DNA of 64,000 nt from Macrostomum lignano (lineage: Eukaryota), in assembly GCA_002269645.1 (NCBI GenBank), contig NIVC01003296.1:41900-105899 (forward strand), read 5' to 3'. Positions within the stretch are counted from its first letter, which is position 1; each line of letters starts with the position of its first letter. Below the pieces are notes generated by a model. The model searched no databases and was not told the origin of the DNA. It worked only from the letters and a program-made list of their open reading frames with translations. A program made the position numbers and the translations under genes. Shown here piece after piece: positions 14,430-26,764 of the stretch.

Positions 14430-15830
14430 AGTGATCAAGTCCATACCTAAACCCTCCTTAAAAAACTCTTCAAATTAGCAACCTTGGGAATTTTCATGTT
14501 TGAAAACAATTATTACTAGCAAATTGAAAGCTGTGCCATGGGAAGTCTGCTTGCCCCTATTCTTGCTGATGTTTGCATGACCCATTGGGAAACCAACAAC
14601 TACGAGTAGTTGTCCCTTGACTGTGCCCTAAAATTCTATAGGCATTATGTTCATGACACTTTTGCCATCCTTGATTACAAAAACAAACTAGACCATTTCT
14701 TTGATACTCTTAACTCTACCTATAAAAATATCACATTTATTTTTGAGACCACTCCTAACCAAAAACTTATATTCCTTGATATTGAAATTGATTTCAATAG
14801 TGGTACTCTCTCTACTAAAGTCTCTTGCAAAAACATTTACCAATCTTATTCTTAACTATCACGCATTGTGTGCTAGATAGTGAAAGTCTAGTTTGATCAA
14901 ATATTTTCTACAGAGCTTTTACTATCTGCAATATCTAGATCAACTTTGACCAAGAAGTCAAAACCTTTACCAAAATCTTAAAAAAATGGCTATCTACTTG
15001 CTTTTATCCATTACAACATCAAAAATTCATTACCAAAAAGTCAACCTACAACAAACCACTAAAGCTGAAAACATCCATTTCAATAAACTGATCATTGTTC
15101 TTCCTTTTTAGTATCCTATCCTTTGGTATCCTTCCTTAAACATGGGATCTATCTTTTATCTTTAAAAGCAAAATCAGCAAACTTTTCAACAATATGCTTA
15201 ATATAAAAATCCATATTGTCCTTCAGTCATCCAAAATTGATGATTTTATTGGCTATTTGAAGTCACATATGCCATGTACTCTGTATGCGAGTGTTGTCTA
15301 CTGTTTCAACTGTTTTGATAATCAAAGAATCTCTTTTGTGGGGAAGACAAAAAGATACTTACATACTAGAACCAGAGAATACTAGCTCAATTCATTAGCC
15401 ATTCAAACTCCAATGCATTTTGTTGCTCCAATAGCATTCCTAATAAATGCTTTATAATTATTGATCAATGTACATACATCTAACTATAAACTTAAGATTC
15501 TTGAGGCCATGCACATAAAAGTTTTGTCTCACAACCTCAAAACTCAATTCCAATATAGTGGCACAGGCCATTGTCTTTATGTCTTTTAAGTTTTGAGAAA
15601 ATGCCAACTATGGACTATATTGCTTTGCTAACATTTTTTGTCCTCAACATGCCTATTGATCTTTAGACAATTTACTATATAGAATAATTATTCATAAAGT
15701 TTTTGTTTCACACAAATATTCATTATCATTAACCTCAGTTCAGTTTTTTTATTCTAATAAAATAAACCTGAAGATGTACCATAGATGATAAATAGATTAT
15801 GAAATGCATTTGTCTTACAAATGTTGATTG
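14430..15830 (+). mobile_element. Degenerate Penelope-like retroelement (RT + GIY-YIG)
   Basis: Stop- and frameshift-riddled RT motifs FMFENNYY*QIESCAMGSLLAPILADVCM and FYRHYVHDTF (cf. Q..G.AMGSP.SP..A and RYVDD), followed by GIY-YIG-like SVVYCFNC...SFVGKTKRYLHTRTRE. Confidence 0.8.
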
Positions 15831-16225
15831 TTGGTTTTTTATTTATATTAATGTATTCTATTATTGACTAAAATATTCATATAAGATGTTTAATTAGTAT
15901 TTGAATTGGATCTAATAATGATATTACTAGCTAGTATTAATATATTTACATTGAATAATATTAAAAAATTATTTTATCCTTGAAAATTTATGTTCAATTA
16001 TATATCTAGCTATAGTTATTTTAATACTATAATAAATAAGAATTACATAAGAATATGTGTACTAAAAAAGCTTAGATAAATAAGGCCTAAGTCAAGATGA
16101 TTTTTATCAACAATATTATATTATTATAAATATAATTTCGATTGAAACAATACTATAGTGCACTTATTATTTATATTAGGCTAGATTATGGAATATTTTC
16201 TATTTCTGTATCTAATTAATTTTAA

Positions 16226-16662
16226 GCAGTTGTTATTTGTCCGGTGACCAGACAAATAGCAATGTGGTTATTTGTCCAGTTACTGGATCCTGACCATGCT
16301 TTCCTATTCATCCAATTAATACTGGACAAATAAACATTTTGTTATTTGTCCAGTTAAATTGATAATGCTAAAATATCTAGTTCATAAAAACCACAAGGGT
16401 AAATATTCCTAGACTTCAAAGACTTCTTACTCGTATCTTGATTATTATATTGTTATTATACTAGTGTGTGTCTTATACACCAAATTATGCTGAATTGAAT
16501 AATATATTGCTTTGCATAACACTCTAGTATACAAGAAAATATTAATCAGTAGACGAGAATAGGTCTATTCATCACAAAACAAATAAGATACTTATGTTAG
16601 CAATTTAACCGGACAAATAGCAAAAAGGCTATTCGTCCGGTCACCGGACAAATAACAACTGC
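16226..16662. mobile_element. MITE with ~35-bp TIRs
   Basis: GCAGTTGTTATTTGTCCGGTGACC(A/G)GAC(A/G)AATAGC is inverted at both ends; internal copies of TTATTTGTCC; AT-rich imperfect flanking repeat (TAATTTTA/TTATTTTA). Confidence 0.8.
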
Positions 16663-17249
16663 CTTATTTTAACTTATACCTGTTTTAGGTATACCAAAAA
16701 GCAAACTAGACCATGGGATATAGATACCAAAATGCAATAGGCCAACCAAAAAGCATGGGCTGATAGGCATCTAAAAGTGTTGATACCTTCTAAAAGCCCA
16801 TAAAAATCAATTACAAAAATATTAAACATTTAAATTATTAAAGTTTTGTATTTTTTATACAAATGAAATGAGATTTATTCAATAGAATAAAAAATAAAAT
16901 TAAATTTATCAATCTCTTTGTTGGAGTCACTAGGTATTAGGCCTAGGCCTACTAGAATCCTTAGGCCAATAGTTTGATACATATACTGTATTGGCCTAGT
17001 CTAAATTTATATATAAAAAATATTCACTATTTTATGAGGAGGCCTAGCAGGCTTTAAAATAAATAGTGCAGCTGTGCTAAGGCCTAGACCTATCTAAACT
17101 AATTTTTAATTAAATTAGTTAAGCAAGGATTGTATTGAGATAATGCCATAGTTCTACGAGCCGTATATACTAAAAATGAGTAAGTAGCTAAGAATCTTTT
17201 TGCATGCAAAGCAGGTATTAATTCGCAGTATCCGATGTATGTCCTCTTT

Positions 17250-17629
17250 GAGCCTCTTCACGGCAATCGGTTCTAGAACCAGAATAAATTCGAGTTCTAG
17301 AACCAGAACCAGTGTGAAATGAGGAGCTTCGAACCCATTTTATGTTTGACAGTATTTACAATTTAATTTTGTCGTTCTTTGACTTTGTTTCCTCTTGGAT
17401 ATGACAAAAAAGGAATAATTATATAACAATAATAAAAAATTGACTATTTCAAATATATTTTCTGTTAAAGTGTAAACATGACAACGGTTCGAGATAATTT
17501 TTCGAACCATATTTTAGAACCAGAACCATGTTCCGGAACTGATTCTGTTTTTTCGAACCATTGATATGAAGAGCGACGAACCGGTTCGGAACCGGTTCCG
17601 TTTTTCGAACCGGCGATATGAAGAGGCTC
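17250..17629. mobile_element. MITE-like element with GAGCCTCTTCA TIRs and GAACC/GGTTC subterminal repeats
   Basis: 11-bp perfect inverted ends, many (A)GAACC/GGTTC motifs inside, overlapping direct repeat TCTTTGA at both borders. Superfamily ambiguous. Confidence 0.6.
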
Positions 17630-17921
17630 TTTGATGAAGACTGCCTAGTCCTGACTCCTAACGACTCCCATGAGTGTATGAGGTCATTGCAGGCGTAGGC
17701 AAACTTTTTAAAAAATAGTGTTGGGATTTGAACGACATTCAAGAGTAACATAAGTACTAAATAATACTGTTAAAATTTCTATAAATTTTTTTCTTGACTT
17801 ACTTGTTAAACATCTTGATGCCTCAGAAAAGCTAATGTGGTATATAGTTTGATTTTTTGAACCTCATTCATTTACTATTAATTAAATCGTATACCTTTCT
17901 AGGAAACAATTGACATGACAT

Positions 17922-18850
17922 TGTGGTAGGCCGGTCTACCACTGGGGCTCCTGCAACGGTTGGCGACGCGCGAAGCGCTTCCACCCGGTGGGATATTCTT
18001 GACGTCACCTCTGCTCCCCCGGTTGAACTGTGCGCTTTCCCTTCGTTGCCCCCACCTTTGGTCCAATAGTTGCCCCTTCCCTTGGTCCCGCTTTGTTTTG
18101 CTGTATTCCTTCCGGGTTTGCCCCTTTTTTCCGCCAGTGTTCCCCCCGGTGTTCCACCCAGTGTTCCTTTCGGTGTTCCCCCTATTGGATCTATGTAATT
18201 TTTATGTATAAAACCGTTGCGTTTTACTTCTTTTATCTGCGTCCTCCTCCTCCTCCTCTTCTTCTGCTACTACTGCGATTGCTTTTGTGTTTGATTATTA
18301 TTTTTGCTCGCTCGCTCTCTCTCTGTTGGTTGTTGGTCAATTATCTCGCGTAGTAACAATAAGCAACAATAACAATAATAATAACGCAATCCTAATTAAT
18401 AAGTTCGCCAATATTAATATTATTCATACAGTTGTTCAGAATCGAAGCCTTTAGTTTCTATTGAGTCATTTGCCCGCGGGGCGTAAAATAACCAGTCAGT
18501 CTCAACTCAAAGAAAGCTCTGAGACCCTCAACGTTCCGTAAAACGACATTTACGGTGGTGGCAGCGCTACTTTACTACTGTTAGTAACCAAACGAGCATC
18601 TTCGACGAACTACGAATTTTACGGTGTCCGAGGAACCAATCTGAACGACCCGGGCCGCTACAAGACCGCTCGACTACGAACACGACTACCCTCCCCCCGG
18701 AATTGAGGACCCCGGCAGACGGAGTATCCAAGGAGAAGACTCAACGCAGCAATTTGTGCAATTTTCCGGCTTTACGTGCCGACGACAAACCCCAAATTTT
18801 ATTTTCCCAATTTCAAAATTTTTATTTTCTTCTCCACCCGCACCTCAACA
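17922..18850. mobile_element. Possible solo LTR
   Basis: GC-rich block in AT-rich DNA, TGTGG...CAACA ends, flanks ACAT/TCAT (3/4 match), terminal hairpin GTGGTAG/CTACCAC. No internal domain seen. Confidence 0.3.
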
Positions 18851-20629
18851 TCATCGATGACTGACTGCACTGATTGAATGATGACTTAGCTGTATAAGAG
18901 TTCTTTACTCGGGAACTATACTATTCGTCTGCCAGCGTACTTAAAACCTGAAAGTTTAAAAATCATAAAATGTATTATAAACTCATATAATTTATTGTTG
19001 TAAAATTATACTATAGTATAAAATTTCAGCCAATTAGGCCTATATTATTTTTTAAAAGTTAAAAACAATAAAAAACTGAATTTGTATAAAGATAAAACGA
19101 TAAGTATATATATAGGCCTAACTTTCCTTTAAGCCTCTATGCCTTTGTCAAGTGGTTCTACAGCTTTACTAGGCCTATCAGCTATCACTTACTAACACAA
19201 TATGTTTTTATACAATATTTTTCTTAAGATATTGTAAATATATAGCCTATGCACTTATTCTATACGCATGGAGGAGCATAGCCAAGGCACAAAGGCCAGG
19301 GGGGACACTGGGGACATATGTGCCCATCAGTCCATTCATATCTAGGTAAACTTGTTAACAATTATTTGTCAATTGTGATTATTTTACTATGATTGCATAG
19401 CTTATAACTAATATGCAATACCAAAATACTTGGCACAAAAAAGCACAAGCATCAAAAAGCATATATAGATACCGAATTTATAGGTGCTTGCTATAATATC
19501 TATAGGAAGAAATGGCAATGCCATTAGGCCTAGCTAGCAATAGAAAAGGTTGATGCTATAATAACTGCTTTAATTTTTTTGGCTAAACTTTAGGACCCTT
19601 TTTTAAATATATTTATAAAGTGGAAATTGTAGCTAGATAATAATTGGTATCAGGCATGTAGCCAGGAATCAGGATATAGGCCTATGTCAGGGGGGGTGGG
19701 CATTCTTAAAGTCTGCCACATATATTAGTTCTTTGATTGCTTATAGTTTATGGTCTTATAATTTAAAGGTAAAAAGCAATAGCACTTTAGTACCTTTATT
19801 GCTGCCAATGAATATATAAATTATAAATTCCTATTAACTAATAAAATGCTATGGTTTGCCAAAGCTAAAATTTAAATATATGCTAAAAAGCATTTGTAGT
19901 AAGGATTAGTTTGTCTAATAGAGCTAAGATTAATATCTTCAAAAAACTTTGGCTACAATAGACTTACTTTACTTTTAACATCTATATATCCATTCTAAAA
20001 TATCCATTCTAACCTTAGCCTTTTTTAATTATCTTATATCATTTCATAATCATTACATTACTATATTTATATATTACTAATATATAAATATATTATTACA
20101 TTATATTACATACATATATATACATTACATATACATTATATTATATACATATATATTACATTACTAAATTATAAGGTTAATTTACATTAGCCATTTTTAG
20201 ATAGGCTTTGATTTGATAGGCTATGACCAATCTTTTAATTTATATGAACTCTGAATTATTTTCCCAGATTTGAATAGCAATACTTAACTCTAGCTTGTTT
20301 TACATATAATAAGTAAAAATTGATAAGAGTGCTTCTAACTTTCTAAGTAGAAGTTGAAAACTTGGGATGAAAAACAATACCTCCAAACAAAATTTCTAGT
20401 TATTCCCCTGCCTATTAAGTATTTTGTGACATTCCAGCCCTAAATATATTAAGTAATTATATACTGAGTGGGCTATAGCTTGTTTAAGTAGTACATTACT
20501 TGTACCTCTGAAACTGGTAGCCTATCTTCACTACTCAACACAAAACACTGTGTGTTAAGAAAATTGTATTGTAAAACTAAAGTTCTCACACCACAATTCC
20601 ATGGTATTTTAGAGCTTGTGCATAAAATT

Positions 20630-20725
20630 GGCTGTTGTGCAAATCACACCTATGAAGGCCAACCCCCAAGGCGCAGAGAGTGTACATGCCTGACGATTTG
20701 AAAGTCAGGGCCACTGGGCATTGTC
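20630..20725 (+). mobile_element. SINE central-core fragment
   Basis: GGCCAACCCCCAAGGCGCAGAGAGTGTACATGCCTGACGAT...AGGGCC matches the core of the 3801-4108 SINE. Confidence 0.7.
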
Positions 20726-20861
20726 AGCGTGACTATATTCGTGTATGTGCTCAGGAGCTAGTGGGATGGGTAGAATTTCCTCAGCCACCTCAGTATCCTG
20801 CGATTATTGTTGTTAAAAGTGCAAATTTACCATACAAAATCCCACAGCGATCTGTAAAACA

Positions 20862-22436
20862 ATGCTTGAATGCCTGTGGCGAGGTTGCCCAGTCGGTTGT
20901 GTGCAATCCGACTTGGCCAATCACGTGATGTCGCACGCGGCCAAATTGGAATCAGGCGACAGTTTGGCCTGCCAGTGGCGCGGCTGCAAGCGCTCGGAAA
21001 AGCCGTTCCTGTATCGCTACCAGCTGCAGCAGCACGCAGCTCTGCACGCAAATGAGTTGCAACATGCCTGCGTGCACTGCGGCAAGCGTTTTAACACCGA
21101 GGCTTACCTACGCCGGCATCTGGAATCTCATCAGCTACCAGAGGAGCGGCGCCACGCCTGCTCAGTCTGCGGCAAACGATTTGCCCATTCGGCTGACAAG
21201 AGTCGCTGCGAGCGCGGCCACCGAGGCCAGCTGCACAACTGCCGGCACTGCGGCAAAGCTTTCAAAGATCCCGGAAATTTGCGCAAGCATCGGAAGCGCT
21301 GGCATGCGGACGAGCCGCTTGATGGTAAAATTTTGATTGTACACAAGTTTTAAAGCGTGGATGGACATTATAGTTGAAACTCTGAACGTGTTGAAGATTC
21401 TAAAGAATCAGTCATGTGTCTGCATTCGGACAGAGCAGAACAAATTTTAGCACTAAGATGCCTGGGCTCGATTTCGTGTGCGGCGAAGTTTCGTACTTGG
21501 CTTGGGGTTTTGGTCGTACGATTCATGCCTGTGAAGGTCAGCCCGAAGCAAGGGGAAAACGGCGATTGTCTCAAGCAATTTGACTGACTGACAATTTGCA
21601 GGGGCGTCGCCATGGATTTTACGGTGGGGGGACAAAGCCAAGAATTTTACATGTACATGACTAAATTCCTACATGCACATTATTTTGAGAATCGGTGTTG
21701 TCAGCGCTCATTTTGGCGTCGCAGGCACTCATTTTGGCGCTGCAGGCACTCATTTTGGCGCCGCAGGCACTCATTTTAGCGCCACAGGCACTCATTTTGG
21801 CGCCACAGGCACTCATTTTGGCGCCACAGGCACTCATTTTAGCGCCACAGCCACTCATTTTAGCGCCACAGGCACTCATTTTGCATGACAGGGCAGTGTG
21901 GCAACTGTGGAGATAGACAATGTATTACAAGATAAAAATTAATATTCATTCTTTTCCTCTGTCCTTTCTCAGCCACCAGCGGCGGTTCAGCCGCAACCAA
22001 TGCGACATCTCCGTCTGTAACTGCGGTGGCAACAGCAGCAGCAGAAACAGCAGCTGCTGCCACACCCCTGCGCCTGGCTCCGAGCCAGTCTGCTCCAACT
22101 GCGCAGCCGCCGCCTCCACCGCCAGCGCAGCACCCGCCTCCACCCCACACAGCCGTGTATTCCTCTTGCGTCCTACCACCGATCTCCTCGTTCACTTTGA
22201 GCAAGGACGGCGCCCTAGATCTTACATTGGGCATACAGGACGGCTTTAATTTGGTCGATGGCACCTACCTTGCCGGCGAGCGAGCTCAGCCAGTGTGCGG
22301 CGCTCTCGATCTCACTCAATCTGCTCATTGCGACGCCTCGTTATGCTACGATTTTGATCAGCTCTGCCCGGACCTGGAGACCGGGCCCGGCCGGCCTGTT
22401 GACCTTAGCTTGCCTAGGCTTGAGTACTATTCCTAA
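20862..22436 (+). CDS. C2H2 zinc-finger protein with GLI/ZIC/GLIS-like CW fingers, 308 aa (exons 20862-21324, 21973-22436)
   Basis: Five fingers: CLWRGC..H..H, CQWRGC..H..H, CVHC..H..H, CSVC..C..H, CRHC..H..H. Phase-1 GT-AG intron joins to an Ala/Pro-rich C-terminal exon; 927 nt total. Confidence 0.82.
21703..21885 (+). repeat. 21-bp minisatellite in zinc-finger intron, ~9 copies
   Basis: Unit GCGCCACAGGCACTCATTTT(G/A). Confidence 0.95.
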
Positions 22437-22523
22437 ACTAAGGTTTTTCGTCTAAATTATTGTGCCGTTTCTTGCATCCTGGCTCCAAAACCTGGGTGCA
22501 GAGTCGAAAATCAGGTTGCCACA

Positions 22524-23326
22524 CTGAGACGGTAGCGGGTCTCCTACCAATTAACCCACCGAGAGGGTAGCGGGTCTCCTACCAATTAACCCACCGAGAG
22601 GGTAGCGGGTCTCCTACCAATTAACCCACCGAGAGGGTAGCGGGTCTCCTACCAATTAACCCACCGAGAGGGTAGCGGGTCTCCTACCAATTAACCCACC
22701 GAGAGGGTAGCGGGTCTCCTACCAATTAACCCACCGAGAGGGTAGCGGGTCTCCTACCAACCCACCGAGAGGGTAGCGGGTCTCCTACCAATTAACCCAC
22801 CGAGAGGGTAGCGGGTCTCCTACCAATTAACCCACCGAGAGGGTAGCGGGTCTTCTACCAACCCACCGAGAGGGTAGCGGGTCTCCTACCAACCCACCGA
22901 GAGGGTAGCGGGTCTCCTACCAACCCACCGAGAGGGTAGCGGGTCTCCTACTAACCCACCGAGAGGGTAGCGGGTCTCCTACCAACCCACCGAGAGGGTA
23001 GCGGGTCTCCTACCAACCCACCGAGAGGGTAGCGGGTCTCCTACCAACCCACCGAGAGGGTAGCGGGTCTCCTACCAATTAACCCACCGAGAGGGTTGCG
23101 GGTCTCCTACCAACCCACCGAGAAGGTAGCGGGTCTCCTACCAACCCACCGAGAGGGAAGCGGGTCTCCTACCAACCCACCGAGAGGGTAGCGGGTCTCC
23201 TACTAACCCACCGAGAGGGTAGCGGGTCTCCTACCAACCCACCGAGAGGGTAGCGGGTCTCCTACCAACCCACCGAGAGGGTAGCGGGTCTCCTACCAAT
23301 TAACCCACCGAGAGGGTAGCGGGTGT
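22524..23326 (+). repeat. 33/37-bp minisatellite, ~23 copies
   Basis: Unit CCCACCGAGAGGGTAGCGGGTCTCCTACCAA with an optional TTAA; internal GGTAG/CTACC hairpin. Confidence 0.95.
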
Positions 23327-26300
23327 CCCATCAGTTAGACGAGAGTCTCGTCTAACTAAAGACGGTTAGACGACACCGTCTCGTCTAACTAACTGAAGTC
23401 TTTCTCGTTGCATGTTCTGCTTTTTCTGTTGGTAGCTCGCATAATTGTTCCTGTTTACAAACATTACACTTAATTAATCGAGACCTCATCATTGTTACTA
23501 ATTGAATTATAAATTCTTCCATTTTGCTTCGCCAATGCACTTGTTCTGTAAGAAGGCTCGTATTTAAAATCGTTAATAAAATAGTGTTTTTTGTTTGTAT
23601 GGGTTCATTTGATAATAAATACATCTAAAGCTCGCTTTCACATACTCGTAATTGAAGACAGTAAACGTTATAAGCTCGAAACCTCACATCGTAGATCGTG
23701 TCGTAGAAAACTACAATTGTATGTCCCTTTCACGAGCTCGAAATTTCATATAATCGAAGGGTCTTGCTTTTTACTGTTTTACAGACAAAAGCAAGACGAC
23801 TACAATGGTGCAGTGGAGGTGTGGACAGGCGCCTATTTAACATAATCCCCCTGATCATAAGATAACTAATTAGAAGGTATAGGAGTGTAACAACGAGTTG
23901 GACCCGTCACGTGACCACTCATCCGTGCATCAGGCATTTAAGTGGCTTCAAAATGACCTCGGTTCTATAGCCGGAAGCAAAGAACTGGCTTCAGTTGCGT
24001 CGGCAATATGCTTTGATGGGAGCTTCTAATCGAGCTGCTTTGTCCTTGTGAGCGAAGCTGTACCAGAAGACCATGCCCAGCTTGTCGCGTCCACTTCTGG
24101 TCGCCATCCGCTTGATTATACGGTGGTTTCCTTCGGCTATCCCAACTATTCCACAATTTCCACTGCCTCAAATTGCTGGGCGGTGGGCACACCGAAAGAC
24201 GATTTGCACTCCCTATCCGTTGCACAAAAAAGCAGCCAACTCAGCGTCACGGAACGTTGGAAGATTCAATTAACAATCAATGGAAGATACAACTTCATAC
24301 ATATTTTCGCATTTCGGTGTTTATTAAAACTTGTTGAGGCTTTTCCAGGTTGCTACGTAAATACCTTTAAGGATGAAATGCATTGCTCGTCGTCACTATT
24401 GAGAATTTTTTATAACAAAGAAATTATTTACAACATCGCAGTCCTTCTTAATTTTTGCAATTAAAAACACTGTTAGAACGAAAAAAAATGAACATAGGTC
24501 GCGTCCGTGACCTCAAACCGGCCTAATTAACCATGCAGCTGTCACGTATGCTCTCCTAATTGACCAATAGCTGTCTGATCGGACACTATAATCCCCTTTC
24601 CAGACAGACATAGAATTAATTTATACAAGGCGGATATACATGTAATAATGGGTGGGGAACAAAAAAGTGCAAAAGCTGTTTGCACTATAGACAAAGTTTG
24701 CAACTTAAGGTGGGGGGAGGGGCGTTTCACATGCTCGAAACTTTACATCCTTGAAGTCTTTGCTAGCCACTCCTGCTGGCTCACCACTTGAAGAATTCGA
24801 TTACGCGAAATTTTTGAGGTTATGAGGTTCTGCTTTAGTGAAAGTAACTCTCGTGAATGCATGGTTTCGATCAAAGTCAATCAAGATACAAAATAATTCA
24901 TTTTGCTTATTGCTTATCAAGCGCGTACTTTACGTAGCTTTGTGCATATATGCATACATGAGAAGTGGACCCGACATCCTCGACATGACCTTCTGGCACA
25001 ACAGGGCCCCCAGGGATGGCCTCAGTGTGCTGCATCCGACATCAACTTGAGCAACATCACTTTGACGTAGGAGACCCTATAACTGGCTAGACAGCTTTTC
25101 CGAGAGCGGTTGGTCGAGAGCTGCGAGCGTTGCAAGTCGATTGATCCAGCACCCGTAAGCTGGGACCATGGCAGCCACGAGGTAGATTCGAATTGTTGGC
25201 GTCCGCGCATAGCTTGAGACGCGAAAATACATTTTAAGAACGACCACTGTCTCTCCATCATCGAATGCGGTCCGAACAGAGTCGCATATTTGGGGCGAAA
25301 ACTGCCAGACGAGCGAACAGAGTAAATTGCACTCCTGCAGATGTTTAGAGAATGTACGAGCCCTTCCTTGGCAACTGCTACTCGACAATTCCCCCATTAT
25401 ATACTCATTTAAAACATTTTACTACTTTATAGATAGATACTCGACTACGCTCGTATGGTCAGAGCTATTTTGTAATGTACAGGTATTTCAAATCAGGTCT
25501 TATAGTCGGTAAGAGGGTTGCCCTTGGATTGCTCATTAAAGTCCCACTTAGCACGTGTTTCTGCAGTGAAATTGTTCTTTAGCAAATTACGCTGTATGGG
25601 AAATCATCATGTCTAAGCTAAGACTTACTTCGTCACTTGAGAAATTCTCTGCTAGCTTCGGTTGAAGAACTGTTCCATGACTCATTTTGTGAGCTGAAGT
25701 TTTTAAGCTCATATGCACCCTCCTTCCAGACTGAAGCAACTTTTCAAGCTGTCTTTGCCACGTAGATTTTGACGTAGCTAGCATCGTTTTACTAGCAGCG
25801 TTGCACTTGTACCATTGATTTGATCATGAGCTCACTGAATCTGATTCGGAGACCAGCAACGCGACTGAGTCCTAAATTATTCTAGAATGTTCATTCTTGT
25901 TTTATAAAGAAAGCCAAACAAACAAAGCTAATTAGCGAATTGCTATCATCTTGAGCTGTCCAGCATTCTCGTGTCTTTTCTGTTTTCAAAGGCTGCTTTT
26001 AATTAGTCATTAGTAGGACAAGGAACAAATAGATACTCGTACAACCGCTGCTTCAAAAGTCCCGTCCCAGATTAATCCGCTTGTCAAGCATAAAGTACAT
26101 GTACGCTCCCACAGCAGTGCATTACTTCTTGCCACACTTTGTTGCCACATTTTTATGTAGCAAAAATTGATTTGGGAAAGAAGCGTGAGTGTAGGCCGGA
26201 CTTTGCTAGCCATGGCCGCTGCTTTTCATAAAGTGCAACTCGCAGGACCGAGCAGCTGGTGATGCTACTCGCTTCCCGCCTGGTCCGTCCTTCGATCGCA

Positions 26301-26764
26301 ATTCCCCCTCTCTAAGCTTCGCACTCTCATTGCTGACTGGAGCAGGCTAGCAAAGAGTTTGAATGTACGGCTATGTAGCTAGGAGGGACAGTTGAGTCCG
26401 GGCGGGAAAGGAACTGAGGAGAACAGAAAGTGGATCCCTGCACTGAGTACTCGATACCTCTGCTGGGAAGAGTTGGAAGCAAGGGAGAAGAAGCTGCTGG
26501 TTAGAAAAAAGAGACGGAAGATCAGACTGGCTCGGGTGGGAGGGGATGGGACGGATGGTTGCTAGTAGCGACCGACGGATAGAACTGAGAAGGATATTGC
26601 AAAGATGGATTTAGAGGAGCGACACCCTTCAACCCCTGCACGCCATCCCGACTCACTTTCTCTCGCTTCTCATTTCTCAGCTCGGTCACTTTTAGTCAAA
26701 TCTAATACTCGAGCGCAGAAACTATTCCGCACAGCTTCACTACTGTTTCCCGTCTGCCTAAGGC

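Noticed and set aside
22524-23326. CRISPR-like array (33-37-bp hairpin repeats)
   Set aside because: Units are contiguous with no unique spacers, there are no cas genes, and the context is eukaryotic.
25020-25300. F5/8 (discoidin)-like phrase SWLP...IDLQ...LASYRVSY
   Set aside because: Motif spacing does not fit and neighbouring frames are broken.
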